Source: a virus
Lineage: Duplodnaviria > Caudoviricetes
IMG/VR virus record: IMGVR_UViG_3300032281_001053
Span: 1 to 36,130 of that record
Length of the DNA stretch: 36,130 nucleotides
Reading direction: 5' to 3' (one strand)
Shown here: positions 34,513 to 36,130 of the stretch, piece after piece
Numbering within the stretch: position 1 is the first letter of the stretch
How the letters are laid out: the number at the start of each line of letters is the position of its first letter
The notes under the pieces: model-generated
Databases searched by the model: none
The model's input: only the letters and a program-made list of their open reading frames with translations
Told to the model about the DNA's origin: nothing
Made by a program: the position numbers and the translations under genes

Positions 34513-34794
34513 ATGAGCGATACCCCGCGCACCGATGCATACGTCGAGTTCTGGCTCAAAGATCGCCTCGCGCTCTGGCCCGACTTCGCTCGAAACCTGG
34601 AGCGTGAAATCAACCAAATGAAAAATGAGTACACTAGCAAGATTCGGATTGACCAAGGAAGCAATGGAGCGGATGGTGGGCGTTGTCAAGCCGTTCAAAG
34701 ACTCGAACCCTCGGATCGAGAGGCGGTGGCTGGCGATCCCGGACGAGATCAAGACCGCCATCCTCGAAGCCCACCCAACCTACACCTACCGTGA
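34513..34794 (+). CDS. MSDTPRTDA-family protein, possibly a truncated remnant
   Basis: N-terminus matches the 32861 gene; last 170 nt overlap the next gene. Confidence 0.55.
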   Translation: MSDTPRTDAYVEFWLKDRLALWPDFARNLEREINQMKNEYTSKIRIDQGSNGADGGRCQAVQRLEPSDREAVAGDPGRDQDRHPRSPPNLHLP

Positions 34795-34870
34795 GTTGGC
34801 CAAGAAGTATGGCGTGTCCCTAACCAGCGTATGGAAAATCAAGAACCAAAACCAAAACAACAAGAATTAG
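34625..34870 (+). CDS. HTH DNA-binding protein
   Basis: TYRELAKKYGVSLTSVWKIK. Confidence 0.85.
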   Translation: MSTLARFGLTKEAMERMVGVVKPFKDSNPRIERRWLAIPDEIKTAILEAHPTYTYRELAKKYGVSLTSVWKIKNQNQNNKN

Positions 34871-35010
34871 AGGAACTACAACGATGGAAGCAGTTATGTC
34901 ACGAATTGGCCGCATGCTTGGGCTGCGGCTGCACAACTCAAACCGGCCTGTGCATGCAGTGCCACAAAACCCACAAACGATACCGAGCAGTCCAAATACC
35001 CCTTCGATGA
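34831..35010 (+). CDS. Small Cys-rich protein (LGCGC..CMQC)
   Basis: 59 aa MENQEPKP..WKQLCHELAACLGCGCTTQTGLCMQCHK..; ATGA-coupled to the next gene; below the ORF-track cutoff. Confidence 0.65.
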   Translation: MENQEPKPKQQELEELQRWKQLCHELAACLGCGCTTQTGLCMQCHKTHKRYRAVQIPLR

Positions 35011-35399
35011 AACTCCGCGAGTCCATAAACCAAGTCACCGAACTGCGAGATAAGGGCCACACCTACAAGGCCATTGGCCAACAAATCGGGTTCACAAAGC
35101 AGCGAGTCCACCAGATCCTGCGATCTGCCAAGACGCTCAAGGAGAAGGAGAACCTGTGGACCAACGGACTCAGCGCCCGCAACGTAGCAATCCTATCGAA
35201 GCTCCACATCACCTCACGCGAGGTCGCCATTCACTCGATCAATACCGGTGACATCAGGCCATTCAAGTGGGCCAACTATGGTGCCACTTCGTACACCGAA
35301 CTCTGCGAGTGGCTAGGCATTCAGCCGGTCGCCAGTACCGCCAACAGCCGAAGCTCACGCATCACCAAGCTCTGCCCGCACTGCAACAAAGCCCTATGA
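35007..35399 (+). CDS. Sigma70 region-4-like HTH fused to an RNA polymerase alpha-CTD-like domain
   Basis: GHTYKAIGQQIGFTKQRVHQIL; GLSARNVAIL..IT..NYGATSYTELCEWL; terminal CPHC. Confidence 0.75.
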   Translation: MKLRESINQVTELRDKGHTYKAIGQQIGFTKQRVHQILRSAKTLKEKENLWTNGLSARNVAILSKLHITSREVAIHSINTGDIRPFKWANYGATSYTELCEWLGIQPVASTANSRSSRITKLCPHCNKAL

Positions 35400-35656
35400 G
35401 CCGACATTCATTCCCACTCGTCGAATCCATCAAGGTGGTCCATCTCTCCGAAGGACGAACCATCCGAGTGTGGCGTGATCGCACCAAAGAGAATCTGAAG
35501 ACCAACTACGGCGATGGTGATATCCACCTCACCTGCGTGGCCCAAGCTCATGATCCCATCGAGATGATCAAGACTCTGGCCCGCTTGGAGAATGTTCGAG
35601 CCGTTGAGTTGGTCGATCAGAAAGGCAACGGAATCAAAGTCCACAAACAATCCTGA
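35396..35656 (+). CDS. Hypothetical protein
   Basis: 86 aa from MSRHSF, ATGA-coupled. Confidence 0.75.
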   Translation: MSRHSFPLVESIKVVHLSEGRTIRVWRDRTKENLKTNYGDGDIHLTCVAQAHDPIEMIKTLARLENVRAVELVDQKGNGIKVHKQS

Positions 35657-35660
35657 CCGA

Positions 35661-35906
35661 ATGCACAAGTCCTCAACACACGACATCGTCAACGCACTCA
35701 ACATCCTGTCATCCGAGATCCATTCATTCGATGGGGCGGCAAACGCCCTATGCGCCGAGGCATCAGCGCGGATCCTCGAATTGGTAAACCTGACCAAGGA
35801 TCTGACCGCGCACATCGTTTCCAATCCGGTGCATCACCCCAAGTGTAACGCCGCAACCAAGGGCAACTATTGCAACTGCATGTTGTCCAAACTCTCATCA
35901 CCATGA
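35661..35906 (+). CDS. Hypothetical protein with H..C..CxC motif
   Basis: 81 aa; EASARILEL, HHPKC..CNC. Confidence 0.75.
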   Translation: MHKSSTHDIVNALNILSSEIHSFDGAANALCAEASARILELVNLTKDLTAHIVSNPVHHPKCNAATKGNYCNCMLSKLSSP

Positions 35907-36130
35907 AGACTCCACGCCACGAGCAGCCATGGTACTCATACCGGCTCGAAAACAACAAGAAGCCCGAACCACTCACAGAAGAAGAGAAGACCATCATGAG
36001 CGGCGTGAACCGCAAGCTCATCGAAGACGCCCCACGGCTCATCGCCTACGGCATCAAGAAAGGATGGATCTCCTACCCCAAGAAACCTCGCACCCAACAC
36101 ACATGGATCACCAAGGACAGCCCACCGCTC
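35903..36130 (+). CDS. Hypothetical protein spanning the circular junction (stop at 160-162)
   Basis: MKTPRHEQ..GIKKGWISYP.. reads in frame through the terminal repeat to TAA at 160-162; 88 aa. Confidence 0.75.
   Translation, partial: MKTPRHEQPWYSYRLENNKKPEPLTEEEKTIMSGVNRKLIEDAPRLIAYGIKKGWISYPKKPRTQHTWITKDSPPL
36008..36130. repeat. Terminal direct repeat / circular assembly overlap (copy 2)
   Basis: Identical to 1-123. Confidence 0.97.

Noticed and set aside
1-36130. Alternative genetic code or stop-codon reassignment
   Set aside because: Genes are intact and densely packed under the standard code, and all three stops are used as real ends

Overview
Apparently complete, circular (or circularly permuted) genome of a tailed dsDNA phage of podovirus type, about 36,007 bp unique. 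Bases 1-123 are repeated exactly at 36008-36130, and one ORF reads in frame across the join. The order is: AEP primase/RecA-type helicase fusion; a short minus-strand early island (about 2.05-5.4 kb) with a structure-rich non-coding region and a candidate origin; TerS, TerL, portal, scaffold and N4-gp56-like capsid; fibre 1; a holin/spanin-like block; a zincin/metallophosphoesterase insert; fibre 2, adaptor, nozzle, a GNAT-like gene and ejection proteins; then HTH, SSAP, RecE-like exonuclease, DUF669, SF2 helicase, RuvC-like resolvase and many small accessory genes. I recognised no integrase, repressor, replicative DNA polymerase, tRNA, CRISPR array, reverse transcriptase or endolysin. The most unusual signal is an in-frame cassette array at 32.7-33.7 kb. 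There, unrelated variable coding segments alternate with two near-identical DNA boxes: ERIKRLEEAGDA and W-x-KAKEAK, the latter also supplying the SD and GTGA junction for the next gene. All family assignments are by-eye motif recognition; no database search was run.
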